DNA from: Gnetum montanum
Taxonomy: Eukaryota > Plantae > Gnetophyta
Direction of reading: 5' to 3'
Assembly (NCBI GenBank): GCA_015680685.1
Contig: MNCI01001625.1
Span: 54,795-118,794 of the forward strand
Length of the DNA: 64,000 nt
A program made the translations under genes and the position numbers. The number at the start of each line of letters is the position of its first letter. Position 1 is the first letter of the stretch. Below, piece after piece: positions 26,608-38,310 of this stretch. The notes under the pieces are model-generated. The model saw nothing but the letters and a program-made list of their open reading frames with translations. It was not told where the DNA came from and did not search any database.

Positions 26608-27164
26608 CTCTTACTTGACCTACCATTATAGGACGAAAGCTTGGGTAATGGTCATCAGAGATTTTGTGAAACGTAAATCTGCAAAGCAACACCGAGATGC
26701 AACTTGCTAAGTAAGGTGATGTAAAGATTGAGAGTTTACTAGTTTAAGGTCGTGGTAGACCGCCAAGGCACAAGAGTCTAAAATTGTTGAAGATATGTAA
26801 ATTGTTGATGTGAAATATGAAGTTGTATAACCGTTGATATGCAAATTCCAAACTTCTAGTTTAGTGTCATCTTGAACAGCCATATTGCGACATGCAAAAT
26901 CTTGATATGCAAAATAATGGTAAAACGAATGAAATTGCAAGTACTAGGGGTATCTAACTGCCAGTGTGGGAATGAAGACATGAAACTATGCTAGGCTTGC
27001 TAGTTTAAGGTCTTTTTGGACCTTTAATCAAAAAAAAAAATATTATTATATTTTTTTTAATTTTCAGGAAGGTGAGTAATTGGCCTAAAGCATGTCAAGG
27101 TTTAAATGCTAATAGTGTCATGATGCCGTGGTGAGCATGCTATGCTGCATGCTGTGCTCCGCAT

Positions 27165-27371
27165 TAATCGGAGAGAGAGAGAGAGAAAGTCTCCTCATTT
27201 TTCCACTACTGCCATAAATAGGGATTGAACCTTGGTAATTTTGACATTTTCACTATAAAAGTGCAGAATCCTCATCGGAGCACTCGGCGATTTCAGAGTG
27301 CGGAGCAATTATCTTAATCAATTAGCAAGGAAAATTTCTAAAGTGAAGGTCGTAAATTTGCAAGCAGGGCC
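27165..27371 (+). promoter_or_regulatory. Putative promoter and 5' UTR of the antisense gene
   Basis: (GA)n run at 27171-27187, TATA-like CTATAAAA at ~27253, ATG in GCCATGG context at 27372. Confidence 0.5.
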
Positions 27372-30300
27372 ATGGCTCCTAAAACTTAGTTGGTGCTTGC
27401 AAAGGTCGAGGAGGCTAAAAAGGCCTTGAGGTGTGGGCCATAAGCGCATGTTCCAGCACTGGAGAATACATCGTTGACTCAGTGAGTTTTCATGTCTCCT
27501 TTACCCTTTTCATCTTGCAGCTTCTTCCGCTTTCTACTTTGGTTTTGCATCTCATTTGTTTTTCTATTTGTATTTTTTGTGACCTCGTTATTTGAGCTTT
27601 TGTGTTGCCATGACCTCTTTTTCTTTTGGTCATAGCTATTGTGCAAAGGTCTCATTGTGATCGCATGCAAGGTCATTGCCACTACCACGGTTTTCGCGAC
27701 TGCAGGGCCGGGGCCCTTTAAGTTGCTTGACCTTGGCATGTTGTGGCATAAAACCCTTGGGAGGGTTTGGTTATGTATGATGTAGCACCACGGTGCATGT
27801 TTTTGTTTCAGTATGTTGTTAGTTATTTTGCTGCTACGCTAGGCTTTTGCATCTTTCCTACGCTATGGTGACCAAGGGGTTATGTTATGCTACATTCATG
27901 TTCTACAAAGTGCTGCTATGTTGCGCATGCATTGCGTTCAAATTTTGATGTCAATATTTTCTATTTGCGTCATGCAGGGTAGGGCCAAGGTCTAGGTTGA
28001 TCGTTTTGGACCTTGAAGGGGTCCTATGTCATGTGGACAGACCTATGGCCAATGTTCCTCCTCCCTCGATACATTTGGGAGAGTGAGCTATTTGGTTCAG
28101 GGATGGGATGCGAGACTTCTTGCAATTCCTTCTCAGCTATTTTAGTCTCATGGTTTGGTCCTCCTTAGACAAAGTGCAAGCATTTGGCATAATAGAGGCC
28201 ATACTGCCAAGGACAAATTGGGGCATCCTGAGATACCTTTCCGATGACGTGACCATAAGCAGGCTAGGAGGAGGATCTAACCAACACTCAACAGGGTTGA
28301 GGCGTTTAGCCTGGATCTGGGATATGCCAAAATACCAGTGTTATCATCCATACAACACGTTGTATCTTGCATGCCACACAGCGATGTATTTTCAGAACCC
28401 ACAAGGGACCGTCTATTGTGTTGGCAGGTGAGTTTCGCATCTTTGCTTTGCTTCGTTGTGCAACGTTGGCCATACTTGGCCGAGTGTTGATAGTGTATGC
28501 TTATCACTAGGTTCTATATTGATGATGACGGGGTTCATGATTAGTTGGGTGAGTTGGCCACAATGCAGCTAGCCCTATGGGAATTTTCCTTTGCCAAGAG
28601 CCTACGGGCAGGTGTGATTACTCATTGCAGGGAGGAATACCATTCCCACCTATGCATGCTCACCACCTTCTACAATCATTATAGGGTGAAGGGTTGGTTG
28701 GACAAGGAGTGTAAAGAACCTTTCAAGAAAATTACGGTCGAAGAGATCCTGGTCGATGAACTCCCACTATTCCCCTCACCGTATAGACTTGGTGGGTTAA
28801 CATGTGGGTGCCACATGCCCAAGCGTTTTCGTATTTTTCTTTTTATTTTTATTATTATGCTAAGTACATTTCATGATCACTGCTGCAGGAGCGAAGAAGC
28901 CTCATTAGGTAATGGTGGTAACTACCAAAAGGCAAGGGGGAAACATTTACTTCAAATATGGTGAAGTAGCAGTGAGCCAGAGTTTGTTAGAATGAGGGGC
29001 TCCAAACCCCTTACTCAAGAAAATCCGAATGGCTGGACTTATGGATTTTTTCATGGCTTCAAATCTAGGTGTCCCTACTACTAAGATGGTTTCCTTGCTG
29101 AGATTTGTTTGGTGTCCCTATTGATGGCACCGACGTGATGTCGAAGGACAAGTAGGAGTTGGCCCTTCATAAGCATCACATCGAGGAGTAGCTAAGGCTC
29201 ACCAAGGAGAAAAAGGGGTTCCCTATGGACAAGCTCAAGGAAGGTCCTGCCATGGGGATATACCTGGACTTTCATGCCTGCGCATTCCCTCAATTGCTCT
29301 CCCAAGGGAAGGTCCTGGGGCTTGAGCAGGCTTGGGTAATGCGGGAAGTCATGGAGGAGGGGGCCCATTACAACTAGGCTGAATTCCTATGTAGTGGTTT
29401 GCAGGCTAAGATTTTGGAACTTCGTGAGCAAATAGAGTCCCGCTCTAACATACACTATGCTTTCTACATAGGCTGTTTAAAGCACTTCGTGGAGTTCCTG
29501 GTGGTCCAGGAGAATGGAGTTTGGTCCAAGCTAGATCATGACCAGATTCCTAAGCCATGGATTCGACAGGTCCTTTAGACTATTCAAGCCTAGGATCCCC
29601 CAGAAATGGTTAGGGAGTCATTGTCTGTAATGACTAAAGGTCTGGTAGTTCGTAGCACTTTTGGCCAGGACAGTGCATGGGAGATGCCCCCTACCATAAT
29701 CGGCAACGTGATGTAGGATGAATGTCTCATAGCTGAGACCATGCTTGCAGAGCTGCGAAGAAAGAGACCTCCCCCAATCAGGGAAAGTTCTCATGAAGAG
29801 GAGGGGCAAAGATTGTGGTTCAAGCTACGGCAAATGCAACCCCTCATTGGTGAATGTTACATAATATTTAGTTTACTGTGCTATTGCCTACTATTTTCTA
29901 CTTTTTTAGGTGGTGCATCGTAGCGTGGCATCTGTTTTGAGTTAACTTGTTTTGAATTAACGTATGCATGCCCTTTTGTGAGTAGAAGAAGAAGAAGACA
30001 AAGAAGAAGGCAATGAGGAAGTGTTATCCTTGAGGATAAGGGAGACAAATAAAGATGTGGGGGCCTCAATTTTGGAGGAGAGGGCCCTGATCAAGAATAA
30101 TGGAGCTCCTATCTCTAGGGCAGGGACTCTTGTCATTAGGGAGCCTCTTCCTAATGAAGAGGTACCTTTCCAAAAAAAAAAGATGCTACTCTCCTAAAAG
30201 AAAAGGCACCAGTGCATGAGGTAGGGCTTTTCATGGACTTGGTCAGGCCTTCTACCGAGCCTACCACGATCGTATTGCATCGGCAAGAAGAAAGACTGTA

Positions 30301-31709
30301 GCCTGATGCTAGTGAGTTAGGCTTTGTGTGTGCCTTACTGTAGTCCATTTTGGTTGTTGTTAACATGATTAATCATGTAACAGGTTCCACTGCTGATGTC
30401 TTAGGACCTCCTCCACCTCATACTGAGTCATGGGCTGAAGTCCTTAATAAGTTTACATTTCTTCAGGGACTTGTCGATGACATGATCAAACGCCTTCAGT
30501 AGGCAAACCCTTGTGTGGGTAAGTAGGAGTGTTAACTGTCCTTATGTTGCTATATTGAAATTTTTGAGATTTTTGATTATGTTATGCTAACATGATTACT
30601 ACGCTTTGTGTGCTTGAATAGCCTCTCAGCTCAAGTGGGACTTGGCACGACCTATGGAGGTAGGCACAGTGCCCGCACTCTCGCCTAACATGACCGAGGT
30701 GTCTTGTCATACGTTTGACGAGGATTACAAATGTGTCTTGCACTCGGCACACTCTCTATGGGAGTGTAGATGCACCAACGAGTACATGTGGAAATGGGTC
30801 CAAAGGGTCGAGCAGAGAGAGGCCGAACTGGTTGCCAAGGTGGAGAACCTCAGGTCGAGGATCAATTTTCTCATAAATTGTAACCCTGACCCTGTTGATT
30901 TGCAAAGGGCTGTAGATGAATACGGTAGGTTTTGGACTGTCATTCATCAAAATGTGGAGTCCACCCACAAAATAATCAAACAGTAGATGCAAATGGACTT
31001 ACTAGCCCAGAAGTGCCAAGATATGAAGGACATCAACGCTAAGGACTTCGAATGGGGGAAAACCCAAAGGGATCACAAATATACATACAAGCTAGAAAAT
31101 GAAACCCATCAAAGATTGTATAAAGATGCTACTATGGAGGCATTCTCGTATGAAATATTCATGAAGGCCATCAATACTTCTGAGTCCTATGCTAGGTTTA
31201 AAGAGTAGGTGAAGGTCACGGAGTCTTCTGACCTGAGGGTGAACCTTCCTACAGGAGAGACCACAACCGCCTCCNTTGACCTGAGGATGAACCTTCCTAC
31301 AGGAGAGACCACAACCGCCTCCCTTTCCAAGGAACCTCTAAAGTGGATGACCTTGAAAAGGGAGAAAGTTGCCGCTATGAATGTTGAGCCTAGTGGCAGG
31401 CGTTGGATGGACATTTTGATAGAGGAGATTCGGCATCACCTCAGGCTCGGTCTAGACTAGATACCTGTTGAGTTTGACACAAGCTCCCCTCAGGTTAGTT
31501 GCTTTAATGCTATGCTATAGCTAGTATTTATCACATTCGTTGCCCTAGCTAACTACTCTATTTTTGGGGTATAGGCTCTCAACAAAGGTGTGAGGCCCAT
31601 GGAGGGAGGAAATGAAGAGCCAGTAGGGGGAAACATAGCGGCGAGCGATGCACAAGTAGATGAAGCAGGGGCAAATGGTGAAGGCAATGCGAACGGAGCT
31701 AACCCATGA
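27372..31709 (+). pseudogene. Antisense 8-exon accessory gene of element 2: FCP1/NIF HAD phosphatase-like + PMD-like + acidic linker + helical C-terminus (~1,090 codons, decayed)
   Basis: Exons 27372-27481, 27978-28427, 28511-28791, 28889-29849, 29986-30311, 30384-30518, 30622-31493, 31575-31709. All 7 introns are GT-AG with matching phases. Stops are mostly single transitions of CAG/CAA/CGA/TGG codons, plus a few frameshifts. Confidence 0.82.
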
Positions 31710-32029
31710 CAGCATGCGAACCCCCCACCTTTTTTATTAAAAATTTTGAAAATTTTACAAATACTACCAATGGGAAAGAGTTGTGAATGAAATGAAAAAA
31801 TTCAAAAAGAAAATTGGTTTTGTATTAACTTATGTGTTATGTAAAGTTTTCATGCTCTCGTATGCTAGTTTTAGGCCATTTCGGGCCGTTGCTAGTTTTC
31901 GGCCATTTCGGGCCATTAGCGTAGCATGCTGAAAGGATGAAATATTGACGAGACAAGGAAATAGTGAATATGCAAGGATAGCAACTGGGTGGGAGGTGAC
32001 AAGGCTGCTATGCTATACATAGCTGCCTC

Positions 32030-35000
32030 TTGACCTTTTGTGGGTTGATCAGAATGTAAGGTTGAGGCGTTTCGCCCAGGCCCCCACTTATATGACTGTC
32101 CTTTGCTTGGAAGGGCAACTCACACCATGCATTTCTAAATCAAAGGTTGGCTCGCTAGACCAATCCCTTCGATGTATGATTAATGCATGCATGAACAGGT
32201 GCTTCATCTTCAAAGGTTGTAACTTCTGAACCCTATTCCATGCTTACGTTGCTAATTGCTTCTATTACCACCCCGTCTCCATGGATTATCAGCTCCTTAC
32301 CCACGTATGGCAAGTGGATTTCTTGGTGTATAGGCGAGGAGAAAGTCCTAAGTTCTGCTAACCACAATCTTCCCAAGATCAGGTTAAACCTGAGCATTTC
32401 TTCGACCATGAAGAACATTGCATCTATGGGGAACTTGTCCCCTGCTACGAAGTTTATGTGAACTGTGCCCTTCACCAGGATGCGTGCCCCATTGAAGGAC
32501 CGTAGACACGACGTCACCGTTGGTTTGATCTAGTTGACCAATCCCAACTTATCTATAATAGGGAAGAAAATGACATTTGTGGTAGCCCCATCATCAACGT
32601 GTGCCCTTTGGATTTGGTGTTGGCCGACCCAAATTGTGATGAAGAGAGGCACCATAGTCACTTGACCCCCTTCAGGATCTTTCTTAATGGCATCGTTGTT
32701 GAAAGTTAATTGAGGTACTATGGAATTTGTAGGTACAGAGGGGAGTATGATCTAGTGGATCGCTTTATCATCTGCTGGCATGTTTTCATCAACCAAAATC
32801 GCTACTAACATGCGGACTAGGGCCTCGCGGTGAGGTACAAATGTCACGACTAGGTCATACAAGCTCAATGTAGCATTTTTCTGCCTTAGGGCTTGCCTGA
32901 CCTAGCTGAGGGCATCCAAGAAGTCTTGGCCACCCACCTGTTTGACACTTTCCTCCTCCTCAATTTTCCCTAGAAGATGAATCTCTCGAGGAGAGATGAC
33001 CTCAGACCTAGGTTTGGATCTTTGTCGACAAGGTGATGTAGGTTGTGTAATCGTGTCGACCTTCATCTTTGGTGATGAAGGTGTAAATACAAGAGACGAA
33101 GGCGTAGTCTTGGAGATACTTTTGACGGTATTCCCCTTCGATGCCTCACCCACCAAATAGGCTTCTCACCTTGTGGGGCAAGGAGGTTGTTTAATGTTGT
33201 TGCACAGGATGGAGGTTGTCGAAGACGTTGGTCCCTTGATGATGAATGAGGCAAAAGGTGGCAACTGACAGGGTTGCATGGCAGGCGGTGCATAGGTAGA
33301 TGCCCGTGGTGGGACTTTCAAGATGAAGGACAGCTGCAAAATTGGACCAACCATTGATGGTATTGATGCACTACACTGAGGCACACAAATCACAAATGGC
33401 TGGAAGGGTTGAGTGGGATCATTGTCAATACAAATGGCATTGATTACGTAACCGGAATTATTGGCATTGAGGGGATCTATGTAGACATACATAGATTGAT
33501 TTTTAGGGTGCACTAGGTTACTTTCATCCAGCACCAGCTTTCCCAAGTCGATTAATCTTTGGATGTCATCCTGCAATGACAGAAAATAATCCGTGGTGTG
33601 ACGACATAGCTGGTGGTAGTCAAAAAACCTATCTAGCCTGAAATCCCTAGGAACTAAAGGCTCATTGGGTAGGGCCAATGAGGGATTCCTAAGGAGCTCG
33701 TAGTAGCGTCGATGTCTCATGTTTGCTTCCTCTGACATCTGCTTGTGTTGGATGTATCCCACTGGCAACAATTTCTTCAGGAGTTATAAAGGTTTGAGAG
33801 GTAGTGGGATGTATTCTAAACGATCTTTGTGCTCAAAGTTGGGTTTAGTGTATGCAGATGTCTCAGGTGCAGGTGTGGCAAGTTGTGATGCTTGGCCTGG
33901 ATTGGGTGCAAAATCAACTGTAGGTCTGGATGGTTTCTTGTTATTCTTGATTCTATTGTTGCTATGTTTGGGCTTAGCCTCAGCTGCCACAGTAGCCACC
34001 ATGGTTGTTGGGGCCTTACCCTTTTCCTTTTTTGCAAAGCTTTTCTTGTAAGTGATGTAGGTTGGGTCTTTGCTCACCTCATCCGTGTCTTGTATGCTTT
34101 TCATCTGAGCGAAAGCTTGGCTAAGAGAGCATGGAGCGAGGTAATATAGTTTAGACTTGATGAAGTCATTCACTACACCCTTAAAGATAGCTAACAAGTG
34201 AGCCTTCATGACGGGCTCACGGATTTCATTAAGTGCCACGCTCCAATGTTGAATGAATTTTTGGACTGGTTCTAGCAAGTCTTGTTTCACGCCCATCAGC
34301 TGATCCAGTGTGGTTTTTGGCTTCAAGATATATTTGAAGCATGTCACAAACTGGGTGGTCAAGAGTTCTTCCAAAGTCGAAATGGATGAATGTGGCAATG
34401 CGCAATACCAATCTAGGGCTTTCTCGGCTAGGGACATGGTGAAGATGCAAATGATCGTATGCGGCCATTGTTACAATAGCAAAGACTCTGATCGAAAAGT
34501 GACGAGATGAGTATTGGAATCCCCTTCCCCATCGTACTTCGTGAAGTGTGGGAGGGACATCCCGAGTGATAATATCAAAGTAGGGATTGTAGGGTTGACG
34601 GGGTCATCTTGATAGAAGTCCATGATTTGTACCGTATAGAACCCAATAGCTGTGAGGTGTTTTACTTCCTCAGCTAGGGTTTGGATGAGTTGAAATGCTT
34701 AGTCTAGACCTGACAATGTTGTAGAAGGTTGAGGGACTATAGAGGCAACTCCCACATGTGGTATGGTGGAGATGGTGATTTGACCCATTGGGGGTGCTGT
34801 TGGGACCGCCCCCACTAAAGGTGTTGTTTGCATTATCCACCACCTGGTGGGTGGTATTGTTGGAACAGTAATAGCGGGTTGAGTCATCGGTTAGGTCATT
34901 TGGGCTACCGACAGGACAAACCATGGCCGCATGCCAGGATGTACCATTTGCGAGGTCAGGTAGACCTGAGGGCAAATGTAGTGAGATATCTACGATGGTT

Positions 35001-35784
35001 GTAGAATAGACAAAGAAGAAAATGGGTTCCACCACGTGGATGGGCTCAGGCCCACCATAGTGGGTGGAACATATGCATAGGTAGGAATCAGCATAGGAGT
35101 TATGTGCAGTTGCAAAGTAGGTACTATATGGATATGTCGTAGGGTTGCTATGATAGGCGTGTTGCACAGCATGGGAGCGTGCTGATAAATGACTTGTGGT
35201 GGCATAGTTGCTGCCAGCGCAACTGGGGAATGCGGGTGATGATGCGCTGGGAATGTAGCATGGCTACCCATTAGCCTTTGGTACGCTTGCGACTGAAGCA
35301 TAGCCGTAATGACAAAGGGGGTGGTGATAGATAGTGGGTTGGCCTGACCTCCCTCGTTAGATTGGGAATCAAGTTTCTCCTACCTATCTTGAAAGGTATC
35401 ATCCTAGTTGGACGTTGTATCTTGTTGCTCCCTAATTCTAGTCAACTGGATTAGTTGATCTAGAAGCCTTTGGTACGCTTGCGTTAAAGGCAGAGAAATG
35501 CCCGGGGTAGGAATGAATTCCTCCCTGTTATAGTAAGCGAACTCGAAGTTAAATTTTTCTTTGAGTTCATGTAAATCCAAGGGCAGATTAGCCTAAACCT
35601 TTGCACAAAGGAAACTGTAACGCTCGTGTTGCTGGGCCAGTCCCTCAGGTCCTCGATTTTGGATTCTGAGAGACCAACATGCTTTTTGCATTGGATTCAG
35701 CTATTGTTTGATACCAGTAGTTCCTTGGACTATGAAGGGCACCTCCCCATTGAAGGTGTCAATAGTGGTGGTGGTAGAAGCCAT
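32030..35784 (-). pseudogene. gag: gag-protease of element 2
   Basis: FTKYDGEGDSNTHL, SLAEKALDWYCALPHSSIST (gag); RAHVDDGATTNVI and FNLILGRLWL (aspartic protease). Start ATG 35784 is tentative. Confidence 0.88.
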
Positions 35785-35889
35785 TGCTAAGCAAGTGATT
35801 AAGCAAAAAATGCAAAAAGTGCAAAAGAACAAAAGGATTGAGAAAAGTGACAAAAGGTGGCTTTACATCTTGCTAGATTCCAGAGGAAT

Positions 35890-36720
35890 TTTCAAGGTGA
35901 CCGATCTATACCACACAAAGTGTAAGCAACCACAAATGGTGTCACGTCTATGCCTATGTGTGATGAGGTATAGAGCACATGCAAGACTACCGTAAGACAA
36001 GTTCAGTTGACAAGCGATCAAGAAGGCTTTATGTCCTGTAGGATCCTTGAGGGACTGTCAAGGTGACCGACTTGCACCACACAAGGCGTAAACAACCTCA
36101 AAGGGTGTCACATTTTCACTTGTGCTAGCTAGGGTGCAGAACGTGTGCAAGACTACTGTAAAAAGGAAAGGCAAGTTAAATCACTATTGGAAGGCTTATT
36201 GTCTTGTAGGGTTCCGAAGGAATCATCGAGGTGACCGATCTACATTGTACGACGTGTAAACAACCACAAATGGGTGTCAAGCCTATGCTAATGCAAGCTG
36301 AGGTGTGGAAGGCATATGAGACTGCTGTAAGATGAGAAAATTAACTAACGACTAGGTAGACTTTATGTCTCACAAGATCTCGAAGGGACTGTTGAGGTAA
36401 CCGGTCTATACCACACTGGATGGGGTATAGAATGCAGACAAGAAAACCGTAGGATGGGAAAGCTAGCTAGCAATCATGCAAGCTTTATGTCTAACAGGAT
36501 CCTAGAGGGATCATCAAGGAGACCATTCTGTACCACATGAGATGACTGTAGAATGAGCTAGTTAACCAGCAATCAGAGGCCTTGTGTTCCATAGGGTTTT
36601 GAAGGAACCGTCGGGGCGACCGATCTGCACTACATAGAGGACAAACAACCACAAGAGGGTGTTGTGTTTACACTCATGTGTATCAGGGTACAGCAGGCTC
36701 ACAGAACTACCGTGACACGT
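35890..36720 (-). repeat. ~167-bp tandem repeat in the 5' leader of element 2
   Basis: AGGTGACCGATCTA(T/C)ACCACAC-type anchors at 35895, 36061, 36229 and 36395, with degenerate copies near 36517 and 36614. Confidence 0.85.
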
Positions 36721-36737
36721 GGAAAAGGCACCAAAAG

Positions 36738-36755
36738 GCCCTCCTTCTAGTGCCA
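36738..36755 (-). promoter_or_regulatory. PBS of element 2, complementary to the tRNA-Asn 3' end
   Basis: Minus strand TGGCACTAGAAGGAGGGC, 6 nt from the 5' LTR. Confidence 0.85.
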
Positions 36756-36761
36756 GAAAAC

Positions 36762-38305
36762 TATAGCAACCGAAAACGTCGGTGACTGGAAGAACGTCGG
36801 GGGTCGATGGATGCGACAGTTCCAACCCTGTATCTGCGGGAGGGCGGTGCTAGGTGTGTGCANGAATAAAATAGGAAATAATGGAAATAAAAAAGATAGA
36901 AAATGAGAAATAAAGTAAAGTATGGTTAGAAACATGCACCGCTCTAAAGCTATAAACTCGTCCGGTCAGGGTGGATATAATCAGTTGCATAGCGTCACTG
37001 AGTACAGAAATCCCAAGAGTAACCAAGACATGCCAAGCAAAAAGAGCTATGTGCTTGAACGCATACTCATGTACAAATAATACGGGGCTCTACCAAGGTG
37101 GTAGAATGGAGACAGGAACCTCTCGTCGGCCGAGAGAGAGTCGCTGTTTACAGCTTTAGACTGATGACTTTGATATTACAATGCTAGAGAGAAGGGAGAT
37201 ATTTCTTTCAGAATTTCAAATTTCCCAGCACTTGGAAGCTGTTTTCTTCAAGAAATATGTGAACTCTTTTTCAATTTCCAACTTTAAAAATTGTGGAATT
37301 TTCCAAATTGTGAGTACCTCTAAAAATTTCCGACCTATTATATGTTGTTTGTTGGGATATTTATAGGGCTGAAGGTAAGCAGAAAAGGAAAATTTTCTGA
37401 ATACTACGTGCCATAGGCTTGCCTTGTCTTACTGGCATCACTCGAGTCATCTATGATTGTTGGGCCTACAAGACCATTGCGATGCGAACCTGCCATGCAA
37501 TAACTACGATCCTACCACTCCGTAATTACCTCGTCAGCGTCTGGGAACATGTGCCAACGGACTGATTAGGTGGAGTGCATTGATGTTGTGCAACCACCTA
37601 CATGCCTTGTTGTGCTTTGTGATGTAGCATGCTTGGTGTAGCATAGCACCTTGTCACGTGTTATGCTATCTGTTACATGATTGCTATGCTATGCTACGCT
37701 ACATAGCATAACAACTTGCCTTAGTCGCGATTTCCAAACTTTCTCCTGTGATGCAAGTCTTGTGAAATATGTTGACTCCAACTTTCAAACTACCTTCTAT
37801 CTCTTCTGTAGGATTGCTACACCATGTAGCTCAGCGTAGCATAGTAGCAGACATGGTCCGCCACTTCCTAACAAAAAAGGACATCACTACAGAACTCGAA
37901 ATTGGGCGAGGGGAGAGGGTAGTGAAGTCGTTTCCATGCTACGTTGTGTGACGTCATGTAGCATAGCACTTCATTCTGCCATCGTCTTCTAAAGCTTGCT
38001 ACGCTACATAGTGTAGTGTAGCATAGCAGGCTTCGTGACTTAGAAAAATTTCCAAACTATTTCTTGCGCATCTAGAATGTTGCTGCCAATTCCTTGCACC
38101 ATTTCTGAGCAGGCTGCTAGTTGTTTAGGCTACTTTGGTGGGTGGGTAGGATGGTACAAAACCTATCCATGCTCAAAGTAGAAAATTTGTTGACCTAGCC
38201 GACTTGGACTCAGAACGTTCTTCTCCTGATGAACTGCCATCGTGCTATGCAGACTGCAAGAGCCTGGTGAAGCAAGGATGACCCCACATTTTTTAGGGTG
38301 TTTCA
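36762..38305 (-). repeat. 5' LTR of element 2
   Basis: Colinear with 20098-21825; a single N at 36863 coincides with a missing ~140-bp block. Confidence 0.95.
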
Positions 38306-38310
38306 ATGTT

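Larger units (their letters stand above)
20098..38305 (-). mobile_element. Near-complete Tat-type Ty3/gypsy element 2 (18.2 kb)
   Basis: Paired LTRs 20098-21825 and 36762-38305, near-perfect TSD GTGTT/ATGTT, tRNA-Asn PBS, PPT, gag-PROT, spacer, RT-RH-aRH-INT. The host RT is continuous across the insertion. Confidence 0.95.

Noticed and set aside
31226-31325. ~47-bp tandem duplication in exon 7 (DLRVNLPTGETTTAS x2)
   Set aside because: The copies flank a single N, typical of an unmerged contig overlap; probably an assembly artefact.
36855-36875. ~140-bp deletion in the 5' LTR of element 2
   Set aside because: Coincides with a single N, so likely an assembly join rather than biology.
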